This document shows positions 7,838 to 17,672 of a stretch of DNA of 55,668 bases, piece by piece. The notes beneath the pieces are model-generated. The model saw nothing but the letters and a program-made list of their open reading frames with translations. It did no database searches and was not told where the DNA came from. The stretch spans positions 1-55,668 of the forward strand of contig CBDAFS010000020.1 in assembly GCA_965195285.1 (NCBI GenBank), given 5' to 3'. Positions within the stretch are counted from its first letter, which is position 1. Each line of letters begins with the position of its first letter. The position numbers and the translations under genes were made by a program. Origin of the DNA: an uncultured Aminicenantes bacterium (lineage in GTDB: Bacteria; Acidobacteriota; Aminicenantia; UBA2199).

Positions 7838-10800
7838 GATCAGTTGGTCTTTGTATTGGTGCTTCCACCATATCCTGTGCTCAGGTAGAAGCTGAGTCGG
7901 TTGATGATTTCAACAAAGTCAAAATTATTGGACATTTAATAAAACCCCATGAGGGAGATCCGAAAAAAATCCTCCAATCTGTTTTTGAAAGTCTAAACCT
8001 GAATCCAGATGACAAAATTGCGGTTACCGGTAGAAAATTCAGAGAATCAATAAATTTATCAACCATCACTGAATCTGAAGCAGTGGAATATGCCTATCAA
8101 TTCGCAAAACCTTCCAAAATCAAATGTCCGGCTGTCATCTCTGCCGGCGGCGAAACCTTCATGGTCTATGTTATGGACCGTTTTGGCCGTATATCTAAGG
8201 TTATCACAGATAACAAGTGTGCCTCCGGGACCGGTGAATTTTTCCTTCAGCAGCTGAGAAGAATGAATGTCTCTCTGGAAGAAGCCTCTCAATGGGCAGC
8301 AGAAGAAAAACCTTTCTCTGTCTCCGGACGCTGTTCTGTTTTTTGCAAATCCGATTGTACCCATGCAACCAACAAGGGTATCCCCAAATCAAAGGTAACA
8401 GCAGGGTTGTGTAAAATGATGGGAAATAAAATTCTGGAACTGTTAAAAAAAATTGAACGCCGCAATATTATGATTACCGGAGGCACCGTTCAAAACCGGA
8501 TGATGATCGAATATCTGAATAAAGAAATACAGGGACTGATTGTACCAGAAGAAGCACCCTATTTTGAAGCCCTTGGAGCCTCCCTGTGGGCATTAAAAAA
8601 TAATTCCATCCCCTACCCTGGGATTTCGAGTTTGCTAAAGACCCGGAAGCCATCATTTGAAAATCTTCCCCCGCTCAGCAATTTTGAAAGCATGGTGGAT
8701 TTTAAAACAATGAACCGGGAAAAAATCCGGGAATATGATCGCTGTATCCTGGGTTTGGATGTGGGGTCCACCACCACCAAAGCGGTACTACTTCGAGATT
8801 CTGATAACGCTATTCTGGCTTCGGTTTATCTGCGAACCAATGGCGATCCGGTCGGGGCTTCCCGGCATTGTTATGCTCAAATTCTCAGCCAGATTCAAGT
8901 CAGAGTAAACCCGGAAAAAATGTCAATTGTGGGTCTTGGAGTATGCGGATCAGGCCGACAGATCGCCGGCCTTCATGCCCTTACCAGGGGAATCTTAAAT
9001 GAAATTATTGCCCATGCCACAGCCGCGGTTTTTTTTGATCCTCAGGTGGACACCATCTTTGAGATCGGGGGTCAGGATGCCAAATATACAACAATCACCA
9101 ATACCGTACCTTCTGATTATGCCATGAATGAGGCCTGCTCGGCAGGTACCGGCTCATTTCTAGAAGAGTCCGCCTTTGAAACCATGGGTGTAAAAATGGA
9201 AGAAATCGGAGATATTGCCATGAAAGCCACTCAACCGCCCAATTTTAACGATCAGTGTGCCGCTTTCATTGCCTCAGACATAAAAAATGCTGTCCATGAG
9301 GGTATAAATCAGGAAAATATCATAGCTGGCCTGGTGTATTCGATTTGCATGAATTACAACAATCGGGTCAAGGGAAACCGGCCAATGGGCCAGAAAATAT
9401 TTATGCAGGGAGGGGTTTGTTATAACCGGGCAGTACCGCTGGCAATGGCAGCCCTTGTTGGGAAACCTATTGTTGTACCACCGGAACCGGGATTAATGGG
9501 CGCATTTGGTGTAGCCCTGGAGATAAAAAAAAGAATAAAAAAGGGCTTACTGGAACCCCGGAAGTTCAATCTCGAAGCACTGTCAAAACGTAAAGTGAAA
9601 TACGGTAAATCCTTTATCTGTAAGGGAGGAAAAGAAAACTGTGACCGACATTGTGAAATAGCCATGATTGAACTGGAAGGGAAAAAATATCCCTTTGGAG
9701 GAGCCTGTAACCGGTATGACAATATAAGGAACCGCAAAACAGTCGATATGAAAAAGATGGATCTGGTCCGACTGAGGCAGCAATTAGTATTTGAAAAATA
9801 CGGAGCAAAAAACCATAAAAACACAGAAAATAGACCCAGGATCGGTATTAATAAAAGTTTTTTAGTAAATACCTATTATCCACTCTTTTCCAATTTTTTT
9901 TCTGAACTGGGATTTGAGCTTATGATCCCGGATTTACCCGATCAGAGAGGAATTGATCTGAAAAATGCAGCTTTATGTTATCCCGGTGAATTATCATACG
10001 GTTTCTTCTACACCCTCATAAATTCTGATAATCCACCTGAGTTTTTGTTTTTACCCCATTTTAAATCAGTACCCAGCCAAAACAACCAGTCCGGTTCTCA
10101 GGTTTGCCCCTTTGTACAGGGAGAGCCCTATTATCTTCAAGCAGCATTTCAAGAAAAATTGGATAAAATTAAAATTTTATCTCCTCTCCTGGATCTGTCA
10201 GAGGGACTCGAAACTGCCCGAAAACCACTGGTTGAAATGGCGAAAAGGATGGGCATAAAACATAAATTCGCTGAAAAATCATTTGATAAATCACTCGGGC
10301 AACAGCAAAAATGCCTGGAAGAGATGAAGTTAATCGGTAAACAGGCAATGCTGGCTCTGGAAGCAGATCCAACCAGGATAGCAGTGGTGATTTTTGCACG
10401 GCCATATAACGGATTTGTTGAAGAGGCACACATGGGAATTCCACACAAGTTTGCCTCCAGGGGAATCCAGGTGATTCCCTTTGACTTTTTATCTTTCGAA
10501 GCAGAGAAATTGAAGCAAAATATGTACTGGGGAATGGGCCAGCAGATATTAAAAGCCGCCAGACTGGTAAAAAAACATCCCCAATTGTTCGGCACCTACA
10601 TATCCAATTTTTCCTGCGGCCCTGATTCTTTTATCATCGGATATTTCAGAGATATCATGGGCCAAAAACCCTCTCTGACACTTGAGCTGGACAGTCACAC
10701 CGCTGATGCCGGACTGGAAACCCGGATAGAAGCCTTTCTGGATATCATTTCCAATTACAGACAACTAATGACACAACAACCGTCAAGTTCTTTAAAATCC

Positions 10801-12144
10801 ATTTTTTCACCGGCCCGGCTTATAATGAGGAATGGGGTCCCATCCATCATCACCTCATCAGGCCAGGATTTACCGTTAACCGATCCCCGGGTAACCCTGC
10901 TATTTCCATCCATGGGTGAAATCGGCACCCCGCTTTTTGCAGCTGTTTTTCGCCGGATGGGCATTCAGGCAAAAGCCCACCCCCCCGCAGGAGAAGCAGA
11001 GTTGAGAATCGGTCGTGGAAACACATCCTGTAAGGAATGTCTGCCCTTAATCTTAACCACCGGCACACTCCTCCGGTACATTAAAGAAGAAAAAAAGAAA
11101 AATGAGATACTGGTATATTTCATGGCCACCAGTTCAGGCCCTTGCCGGTTTGGCCAATATTCAGTCTTTATGGAAGATTTGATCAAAAAACAACAGTTGA
11201 GAGATGTGGCTCTTCTGTCATTAACATCCGAGAATTCATACCTCGGCTTAAGCCGGGATATCCAGCAGAGAGGATGGTGGGCCATTATCATTTCTGATGT
11301 TATAGAAGATATCCGCTCCATGATACTGGCCAATGCCTGTGACATTGAAAGTGCAATGTTGATTTTTCAAGATGCCTGGAAAGGGTTACTCTTTGAACTG
11401 GAAAACGGAAATTTCAATTCATTAATCAAACAGATGAAATGGTCATCAAAACAATTTGCCGGAATCGATATGAAACTCCCCTTTAAAAAGGTTCCCACGA
11501 TTCTCCTAACCGGTGAAATTTTTGTCAGGCGGGACCCCCTTTCCAGACAGTTTTTAACCGAGTACCTGGCCAAAAAGGGTTTTGCCACCATATGTTCTCC
11601 GGTTAGCGAATGGATGTATTACTGCAATTACCTGGTCCGTAATGATCTGGAAATTCCCATATTATCAAGAAAGGAAAAGTTGTTTGTCAGATTAAAGCAA
11701 TGGTATATGTCCTGGTCAGAAAAAAAGTTAAAATCGATATTCTCCAGATCAAATATCATTCACTCAGAGCCCATAGATATCCGATCCATTATAAAGAATG
11801 CCACCCCTTTTTTATCACCCAACCTGACCGGAGAGGCAGTTTTGACAATTGGCAGCAGTTTAACCGAAGTGGGAATTAATGCTTGCGGTGTCATTGCCAT
11901 CGGTCCATTTGGCTGCATGCCCAACCGGCTGTCAGAAGCGATTATTCATAAAGCCATGAACCGGAAAGCCAAACTTTCAACTGATCCAAAAAATCAATAC
12001 CTTCAAACCATACTCTCTGATATGGAAGACCTGCCATTTCTGGCCATTGAGAGTGATGGTTCTCCATTTCCCCAGCTGATTCAGGCCAAGCTGGAGGCCT
12101 TCTACCTCCAGGCACTTCGACTTCACCAGAAGATGATTTCATAA
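7834..12144 (+). CDS. Large CoA-substrate-specific enzyme activase (two BadF/BadG/BcrA/BcrD ATPase domains plus DUF2229/2-hydroxyacyl-CoA dehydratase-like domains)
   Basis: NKCASGTGEF, GRCSVFCKSD, GLDVGSTTTKA, EIGGQDAK, MNEACSAGTGSF, SNFSCGPD, GPCRFGQY, PFGCMP. Confidence 0.9.
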   Translation: MRSVGLCIGASTISCAQVEAESVDDFNKVKIIGHLIKPHEGDPKKILQSVFESLNLNPDDKIAVTGRKFRESINLSTITESEAVEYAYQFAKPSKIKCPAVISAGGETFMVYVMDRFGRISKVITDNKCASGTGEFFLQQLRRMNVSLEEASQWAAEEKPFSVSGRCSVFCKSDCTHATNKGIPKSKVTAGLCKMMGNKILELLKKIERRNIMITGGTVQNRMMIEYLNKEIQGLIVPEEAPYFEALGASLWALKNNSIPYPGISSLLKTRKPSFENLPPLSNFESMVDFKTMNREKIREYDRCILGLDVGSTTTKAVLLRDSDNAILASVYLRTNGDPVGASRHCYAQILSQIQVRVNPEKMSIVGLGVCGSGRQIAGLHALTRGILNEIIAHATAAVFFDPQVDTIFEIGGQDAKYTTITNTVPSDYAMNEACSAGTGSFLEESAFETMGVKMEEIGDIAMKATQPPNFNDQCAAFIASDIKNAVHEGINQENIIAGLVYSICMNYNNRVKGNRPMGQKIFMQGGVCYNRAVPLAMAALVGKPIVVPPEPGLMGAFGVALEIKKRIKKGLLEPRKFNLEALSKRKVKYGKSFICKGGKENCDRHCEIAMIELEGKKYPFGGACNRYDNIRNRKTVDMKKMDLVRLRQQLVFEKYGAKNHKNTENRPRIGINKSFLVNTYYPLFSNFFSELGFELMIPDLPDQRGIDLKNAALCYPGELSYGFFYTLINSDNPPEFLFLPHFKSVPSQNNQSGSQVCPFVQGEPYYLQAAFQEKLDKIKILSPLLDLSEGLETARKPLVEMAKRMGIKHKFAEKSFDKSLGQQQKCLEEMKLIGKQAMLALEADPTRIAVVIFARPYNGFVEEAHMGIPHKFASRGIQVIPFDFLSFEAEKLKQNMYWGMGQQILKAARLVKKHPQLFGTYISNFSCGPDSFIIGYFRDIMGQKPSLTLELDSHTADAGLETRIEAFLDIISNYRQLMTQQPSSSLKSIFSPARLIMRNGVPSIITSSGQDLPLTDPRVTLLFPSMGEIGTPLFAAVFRRMGIQAKAHPPAGEAELRIGRGNTSCKECLPLILTTGTLLRYIKEEKKKNEILVYFMATSSGPCRFGQYSVFMEDLIKKQQLRDVALLSLTSENSYLGLSRDIQQRGWWAIIISDVIEDIRSMILANACDIESAMLIFQDAWKGLLFELENGNFNSLIKQMKWSSKQFAGIDMKLPFKKVPTILLTGEIFVRRDPLSRQFLTEYLAKKGFATICSPVSEWMYYCNYLVRNDLEIPILSRKEKLFVRLKQWYMSWSEKKLKSIFSRSNIIHSEPIDIRSIIKNATPFLSPNLTGEAVLTIGSSLTEVGINACGVIAIGPFGCMPNRLSEAIIHKAMNRKAKLSTDPKNQYLQTILSDMEDLPFLAIESDGSPFPQLIQAKLEAFYLQALRLHQKMIS

Positions 12145-12161
12145 GACCGTCCCCAGTTTCT

Positions 12162-13958
12162 TTATAACGAATTTACGATTTTGAGAAATTCTTTTTTGTT
12201 TTTGAACCCTGAAAACCTTTTTATTTCCCGGCCATTGGAATCCAAAAAAATGATGGTTGGCATACCGATAATACCCAGTGATTTACTCAAGGCTTTATTT
12301 TTCTCATTTCGCTTGGTGAAATCCAGTTTCACCAGAACATACGTTTTTAATACCGCCCGAACTTCTGGATCGGAAAATGTTATTTCATCCAGTTCTTTAC
12401 AGGCCACGCACCAATCCGCATAAGTATCGATCATCAATTTTTTGTTCTGCTGAACAGCCAATACCTTACCCTGTTTCAGCTCTGGAATCCATTCCAGAGA
12501 TTCACGGGTATCCGTCACCCGGGCTATGGGTTTCCCGAAATCCACCGGTAAAAAAGACTTGAAAAACAGCAGAACCCCCCACAGAAAAATGAGTACCACC
12601 AGGAGCTTGACAAATTTCTCCCGGATATCCTCATCCCCAGGAGGCTTAAATAAGCCCATAAATATGCTGATTCCTATTAAAAGGATTCCCCATAAGCGCT
12701 GCTGAAACCAAGCTGGAATAATCAATCCCAAAACCAGCAGGCCGCCAACCATCAACAGAATGGCAAATGCATTTTTCACCCCGCTCATCCATTTTCCGCT
12801 TTTGGGCAGCGAAGAAATAATACCGGTGAATGTTCCAACCAGTACAAAAATAACCCCCATACCCAGGGAAAACACGAACATTACCAGAAAGCCTAATAAA
12901 AGATTCCGGGTCTGGCTGATCCAGGATAAAATGGCGATAAGCACCGGTCCGGCACAGGGAGCCGCAATAATACCGGCCACCCCACCAATAATCAGGCTAC
13001 CAATGATCTTGCTTTTGTAACCACCGGCCTGAATTTTAGCTGAAATGGAGCTTGGAACCGGTATTTCAAAAAGGCCGGCCAGGCTCAATCCCATTAGGAT
13101 AAAGATCAAGGCAATCACAATCACCATGATCGGGTTTTGAAAAGAGACTCCGATCATGGAACCGGAGGCAGCAGCAAACAGGCCCAGCAATGAATAGACA
13201 ATACCCAGGCCCAGCACGAAAAACAGGGACAGATAAAATCCCTTGAGTTTGCTTCCCTTGGCCTGGGAACCGATGTAACCCATGATGATGGGTATAACCG
13301 GATAAACACAGGGAGTCAAGCTGGTTAAAAACCCCAGCGCAAATGCCAGCAGAAAGAGTAGGACCGATTTCTTTTCCAGCTCCTCGGTCAACAGCCTTTC
13401 GATCTTCTTGAAAAATGTTTCATCAGCTTTCGGGTCAGATCCGGTAGCAGTAGTTTCAGCCGCATTCGGAATCCAGTTTTCCCCGATAGCCGGTTGCACA
13501 CCAAAAGATTGAAAGGGTTTCTCGATGAAAACCTCGATATCCTGGGAATCCGGCGCAAAACACATCTCACTGGGCCTTTCCTGACATATCTGATAACCAA
13601 CGGTAAACTTCAACTTTTGCGGATTTTTCAGTTCCTGAAGTGAAGTCATAATGACTTTCACCTCAAATTGACCCTTGAACACCATTTCATCGGCATAGGT
13701 CTCTCCGGAGGGAAAGATCACTTCTTTCACTTTAACATAATCATTGTTGTCAATTTCAATTTTAAAAAAATCGTTTTTCAAATCCGTGATATGGTGATCA
13801 TCCGGAACCGTGATGGTAAAGACAACCATGCCTTTTTCATACAGGGTTCGATACCGAATCTCCGGTTCTGCAACCACTGAATCATTGAAAAACTGGGCCC
13901 CAAGCGCCACATAGCAGAACAATAAACCTATAATGATGAGATATTTTTTCATAGTCAT
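12162..13958 (-). CDS. dsbD: Thiol:disulfide interchange protein DsbD
   Basis: Signal peptide, N-domain QICQ...MCF, TM domain LTPCVYP and AAPCAGP, thioredoxin ADWCVACK. Confidence 0.9.
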   Translation of the reverse strand: MTMKKYLIIIGLLFCYVALGAQFFNDSVVAEPEIRYRTLYEKGMVVFTITVPDDHHITDLKNDFFKIEIDNNDYVKVKEVIFPSGETYADEMVFKGQFEVKVIMTSLQELKNPQKLKFTVGYQICQERPSEMCFAPDSQDIEVFIEKPFQSFGVQPAIGENWIPNAAETTATGSDPKADETFFKKIERLLTEELEKKSVLLFLLAFALGFLTSLTPCVYPVIPIIMGYIGSQAKGSKLKGFYLSLFFVLGLGIVYSLLGLFAAASGSMIGVSFQNPIMVIVIALIFILMGLSLAGLFEIPVPSSISAKIQAGGYKSKIIGSLIIGGVAGIIAAPCAGPVLIAILSWISQTRNLLLGFLVMFVFSLGMGVIFVLVGTFTGIISSLPKSGKWMSGVKNAFAILLMVGGLLVLGLIIPAWFQQRLWGILLIGISIFMGLFKPPGDEDIREKFVKLLVVLIFLWGVLLFFKSFLPVDFGKPIARVTDTRESLEWIPELKQGKVLAVQQNKKLMIDTYADWCVACKELDEITFSDPEVRAVLKTYVLVKLDFTKRNEKNKALSKSLGIIGMPTIIFLDSNGREIKRFSGFKNKKEFLKIVNSL

Positions 13959-13967
13959 ATTGGCACT

Positions 13968-13996
13968 ATTTTATGGTTTCAGGCCCAATTTGTCAA
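13968..13996 (-). promoter_or_regulatory. Sigma70-type promoter of dsbD
   Basis: TTGACA (13996-13991), 17 bp, TAAAAT (13973-13968); 9 nt before the ATG. Confidence 0.7.
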
Positions 13997-14152
13997 CCCG
14001 GAACAGCAGCAGGCCTTCTCCCCGTACACCTTGATTCCTTTCCCGAGGCCACCCATAGTTCCCCAGCTTGGAGCATTGATTTATTGCCACCGTCATATTC
14101 CAATTTCCAAATTTCAAAGCACTTTCCCTCATATCACATATTCGTATCGATT

Positions 14153-14206
14153 AAATAGGATGTGTCCCTATTTATTTTAAAATAGGATGTGTCCCTATTT
14201 ATTTTA
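14153..14206. repeat. Tandem duplication of a 27-bp palindromic unit
   Basis: AAATAGGATGTGTCCCTATTTATTTTA twice with no spacer; a related unit lies inverted at 5015-5037. Confidence 0.85.
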
Positions 14207-14238
14207 ATTTATTTTCGGATCCTGGTTATCGCAACACC

Positions 14239-15858
14239 TCAGGTGATTCGGATCAGTATGAAGGTCACGTCGTCGTCAAACTCATCCCCGCCCACATGGC
14301 GTTTCAATTCCTCGATCAATTTATCCTTTACCTGACCGATATCCAGATGGCGCTGTTTCCCGACAAATTCGATCAACCGGGGCAGGGAAAATTGAATCTC
14401 ATTAACATCTTCGGCCTCGGTGACACCGTCGGTATACATCACGATAAAATCACCTTTTTCCAGGCCGATTTCAGTTTCCTGCAAAGAGATATCCGGAAAC
14501 ATTCCCAGGACAGGCCCTCCGTCCTTTAACTGGATAACGACGTCCCTCCTGAGAATGAAAGTGGGAACATGACCGGCATTGATCCATATCATTTTCTGTT
14601 TTTTCAAATCGATCGTACCGGTAAATGAAGTCACATATAAATTGGTATCCGTGGTTTCCGCAATCAAATTGTTGAGGTGATTGACTGTGGTGAGTATATT
14701 CCGGTTCCTTTTAATACCGTAAATGAAATTGGCTCTGAAGATGGACATCAGCAGGGAGGCCGGAATGCCATGGCCGGAAATATCATTTATGGTCACGATG
14801 ATTTCCTGGTCATTCAGACGAATAATGTCATAATAATCTCCACCCACTTCAGAAGACGGGGTATTGATATAAGCGACATCCATTCCCTCGATGGCTATTT
14901 TTTGGGTCAGAAGAAAAGATTGTTGTATCTCCCTTGCAATCTGAATTTCCTTTTCCATTTTCTCTTTTTCGATAATCTGCTTGAACAGTTCATACTTTTC
15001 AATAGAAATAGCGGCAAAAACGGCAATCCCCTTGATCAGGGAAGCCAGGTCATCGGGAATTGACTTTTTTAACTCCACCTGTAAAAACCCCAGGGTTTTA
15101 TTCTGGGTACGCAGGGGAAAAACAGCCACCCGATTATGAACCCGGGTTTTTTCCACTTTATCAGTTCTGTCCTCCACTTCATTTTTCAACAGCTTGTACA
15201 TAACCCCCTGAGATTCAACCATCACCCCGATTTCCAGCGGGTTAATGATTTCAACAATGACATTCTTCAGCACATCGAATATCTCTTCCAGGTTGTAAGA
15301 ATGTGAAATGGCCTTACCCAGTTCAATCAAACGGGCTTTCTCACTGATTTCCTGGGTCACATTTTTAAACAGCAGGGCATTCTGTAGGGGAATGTAAATA
15401 AAATTTGCAATGTATTCCAGCACTTCCCGGTCCTTGTCACTGAAATTTCCCTGTCTTTTGTTTATGGCCTCGATAATCCCCAGGAGTTTCCCTTCCATAT
15501 GGACGGGCACACCGACTATGGAGCAGGTTTTAAAATCGGTTTGCCTGTCAGTTGTGGATGTAAACCGGGGATCGCTGGCACAATCATTGATAATAACACT
15601 GGAAACATTTTCCGCGATCCACCCCACCACACCCTCGCCTTTTTTCATAACGATCCGTTTGAGTGCTTCCTGTCGATCTCCGGTTACTATCTCGAAATGC
15701 AACTCCTCTTTGGTTGGATTATAGATAAAAATGGATGATTCCTCACAATCCAGGTATAATTTTACTTTTTCGGCAATTTTTTGCAGCAAGGAATGCAAAT
15801 TGATTTCAGAATACAGATCAAAAAAATCGTCCCGAAACTGAATTAACTTGTCTTTCAT
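14239..15858 (-). CDS. GAF-domain SpoIIE/PP2C (RsbU-like) phosphatase
   Basis: N-terminal GAF (GEGVVGWIA...DPRF), EVGGDYYD, DISGHG, YTDGVTEA, DDVT. Confidence 0.92.
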   Translation of the reverse strand: MKDKLIQFRDDFFDLYSEINLHSLLQKIAEKVKLYLDCEESSIFIYNPTKEELHFEIVTGDRQEALKRIVMKKGEGVVGWIAENVSSVIINDCASDPRFTSTTDRQTDFKTCSIVGVPVHMEGKLLGIIEAINKRQGNFSDKDREVLEYIANFIYIPLQNALLFKNVTQEISEKARLIELGKAISHSYNLEEIFDVLKNVIVEIINPLEIGVMVESQGVMYKLLKNEVEDRTDKVEKTRVHNRVAVFPLRTQNKTLGFLQVELKKSIPDDLASLIKGIAVFAAISIEKYELFKQIIEKEKMEKEIQIAREIQQSFLLTQKIAIEGMDVAYINTPSSEVGGDYYDIIRLNDQEIIVTINDISGHGIPASLLMSIFRANFIYGIKRNRNILTTVNHLNNLIAETTDTNLYVTSFTGTIDLKKQKMIWINAGHVPTFILRRDVVIQLKDGGPVLGMFPDISLQETEIGLEKGDFIVMYTDGVTEAEDVNEIQFSLPRLIEFVGKQRHLDIGQVKDKLIEELKRHVGGDEFDDDVTFILIRIT

Positions 15859-15990
15859 AAAAATCCTTCTTGGTCCCGATCAGCTGACCGGTCATACGCA
15901 TCCCTGATATTTTAACTCAAATACTTTTTTTTTCCAAACATTTCAGCATTTCAAGTTTTACATTTCAAATAATATATTATATATTTGGAT

Positions 15991-16413
15991 ATGAAAAAAT
16001 TTTCTGATGACAATCTTTGCTTTGTCTGCGGGGAAAACAATCCCCATGGACTCCAGTTTCAATTCGAATATCTTGAGAAACTGGATCAGGTCAGTGCGGA
16101 AATCAATTTTCCGGAAAAATACCAGGGCTGGAAAGGCGTGGTTCATGGCGGCTTGATCTCAACTGTACTGGATGAAGTGATGGTTAAAGCCACCGGCTTT
16201 AGAAACCTGATTTGTGTGACTGCCGAGCTGCTGATTAAATTCAAAAAACCGGCATTCACCAATACCCCCTACCGGGCAACCGGAACCGTCCTGGAAATCA
16301 AGCGGAAACTGGTATTCACCGAAGGATTTCTCCTGGACCGGGAAAACAATATCATTGCCTCGGCCCGGGGAAAATTTTTTGTGGTAGGCGACAAGCACAA
16401 TACGGGTTCATGA
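15991..16413 (+). CDS. PaaI-family (hotdog) thioesterase
   Basis: CFVCGENNPHGL and YQGWKGVVHGGLISTVLDE; ATG at 15991 preferred over TTG at 15985. Confidence 0.88.
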   Translation: MKKFSDDNLCFVCGENNPHGLQFQFEYLEKLDQVSAEINFPEKYQGWKGVVHGGLISTVLDEVMVKATGFRNLICVTAELLIKFKKPAFTNTPYRATGTVLEIKRKLVFTEGFLLDRENNIIASARGKFFVVGDKHNTGS

Positions 16414-16868
16414 AAACCATCACTTTTGAAATGAAATCACTGCTGAGAATATCCCTGTATCTAACCGAATATCCGGAACTCACATCCAAACGAAAATTCG
16501 TAGAAAAGGGAATTACCATCCTAAGGCAATACACCCCCAGAATTTTGAAATACCTGTCCCACCAGCAGGTACTGTCCAACCTGGGCCAATTTAAAATCAG
16601 GATTATCACCGAAGATAAAAAGGATCTCCGGAAAGTCAGACAGGTATTCAAGCTTTGGATTCAAAAGGAAAAATCCAAAAGAATCATTTGCCTGATCATT
16701 GAAGCCATTCTCATCCCTTTTACCGCGGTTCTGGCCATTCTTCCCGGCCCCAATTTTTTCTTTTACGTTCCGGCGCTTTTATTTTATTACCATCTGATGT
16801 CTTTTTGGGGACTGAAAAAAGTCGATGTGGACCGTCTGAATATTGAAATCCTCGCCTCTGAGACTTGA
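16410..16868 (+). CDS. Hypothetical membrane protein with LPGPN motif (resembles the mitochondrial K+/H+ exchange-related family)
   Basis: ATGA overlap with the thioesterase; AILPGPNFFFY hydrophobic hairpin. Family link is from memory of the motif only. Confidence 0.5.
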   Translation: MKTITFEMKSLLRISLYLTEYPELTSKRKFVEKGITILRQYTPRILKYLSHQQVLSNLGQFKIRIITEDKKDLRKVRQVFKLWIQKEKSKRIICLIIEAILIPFTAVLAILPGPNFFFYVPALLFYYHLMSFWGLKKVDVDRLNIEILASET

Positions 16869-16901
16869 AACGGAAAGTCCTCTGACTGGATTTGAATGGA
16901 G

Positions 16902-16973
16902 AGGCGGCGACCGGATTCGAACCGATGAATAGCGATTTTGCAGACCGCTGCCTTACCACTTGGCTACGCCGCC
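16902..16973 (-). tRNA. tRNA-Cys(GCA)
   Basis: GGCGGCG acceptor stem, CT-GCA-AA anticodon loop, GTTCGAATC T-arm, U73 discriminator; followed by CTCCA rather than CCA. Confidence 0.95.
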
Positions 16974-16978
16974 AAAAA

Positions 16979-17053
<75 letters not shown>

Positions 17054-17059
17054 ATCAAT

Positions 17060-17135
17060 TGGCTCCCCGGCAGGGATTCGAACCCCGAACCTAGTGGTTA
17101 ACAGCCACCCGCTCTGCCGATTGAGCTACCGAGGA
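17060..17135 (-). tRNA. tRNA-Asn(GTT)
   Basis: TCCTCGGTAGCTCAATCGGCAGAGC...CT-GTT-AA...GTTCGAATCCC...GCCA; TTGACA upstream at 17178-17173. Confidence 0.97.
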
Positions 17136-17195
17136 AACCATAGTAGTTATTAATATCAAAAAATGACAATTTTGTCAATCAGGTAAGAATAAAAC

Positions 17196-17501
17196 TCAAC
17201 GTTTCGATTTTACCGCCTCCACCTTGCTATGCATCGAAATTTGTTTATCCCGACGGTCATCAATGGAAATCCGGGTGGATACCCTCCGGGCTCCTTTTAA
17301 AAAGGGAACTTCATGCATCTCCCTGATGATCCCGAGCACCTCATCCAGGTCTCCTTCCAGAATGGTGGACATCGGGGTTAACAGAGATTTTATATGGGTG
17401 TATTTCGACAATACGCTTTCAACTTCCGCCACATAAGCACTTAAGGATGTTGACGAGGTTCCCAGAGGTACGATTGTGACTTCAGCTATAATTGGATTCA
17501 T
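17196..17501 (-). CDS. MTH1187/YkoF-like thiamine-binding protein
   Basis: VPLGTSSTSLSAYVA, TPMSTILEG, RVST.I.IDDRRDK. Confidence 0.88.
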   Translation of the reverse strand: MNPIIAEVTIVPLGTSSTSLSAYVAEVESVLSKYTHIKSLLTPMSTILEGDLDEVLGIIREMHEVPFLKGARRVSTRISIDDRRDKQISMHSKVEAVKSKR

Positions 17502-17672
17502 GGTTACTCCTTATCATTTAAACGTCCTGGTTAAATTATAGAACAAAATGTCAAACCCGACAACACCCGTGGTGAAAACCGCTTTATCCTAAAATGACAG
17601 CAAAAATAAAAAATGCATTTTTTTTATTGAATTTTTAAAATGAATCCTATATATTAGAAAAGAGGTGAAATA

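Noticed and set aside
7881-12142. Numerous short antisense ORFs within the activase, atp, metH and acyl-CoA genes
   Set aside because: Fully nested opposite well-supported genes, with no independent coding evidence.
14153-14206. Possible CRISPR array (27-bp palindromic repeat)
   Set aside because: Only two copies, directly adjacent with no spacer, and no cas genes.
16897-16902. tRNA-Cys 3' end reads T-CTCCA instead of T-CCA; possible att scar or pseudogene
   Set aside because: The cloverleaf is intact, CCA can be added enzymatically, and no duplicated 3' end was found in the window.
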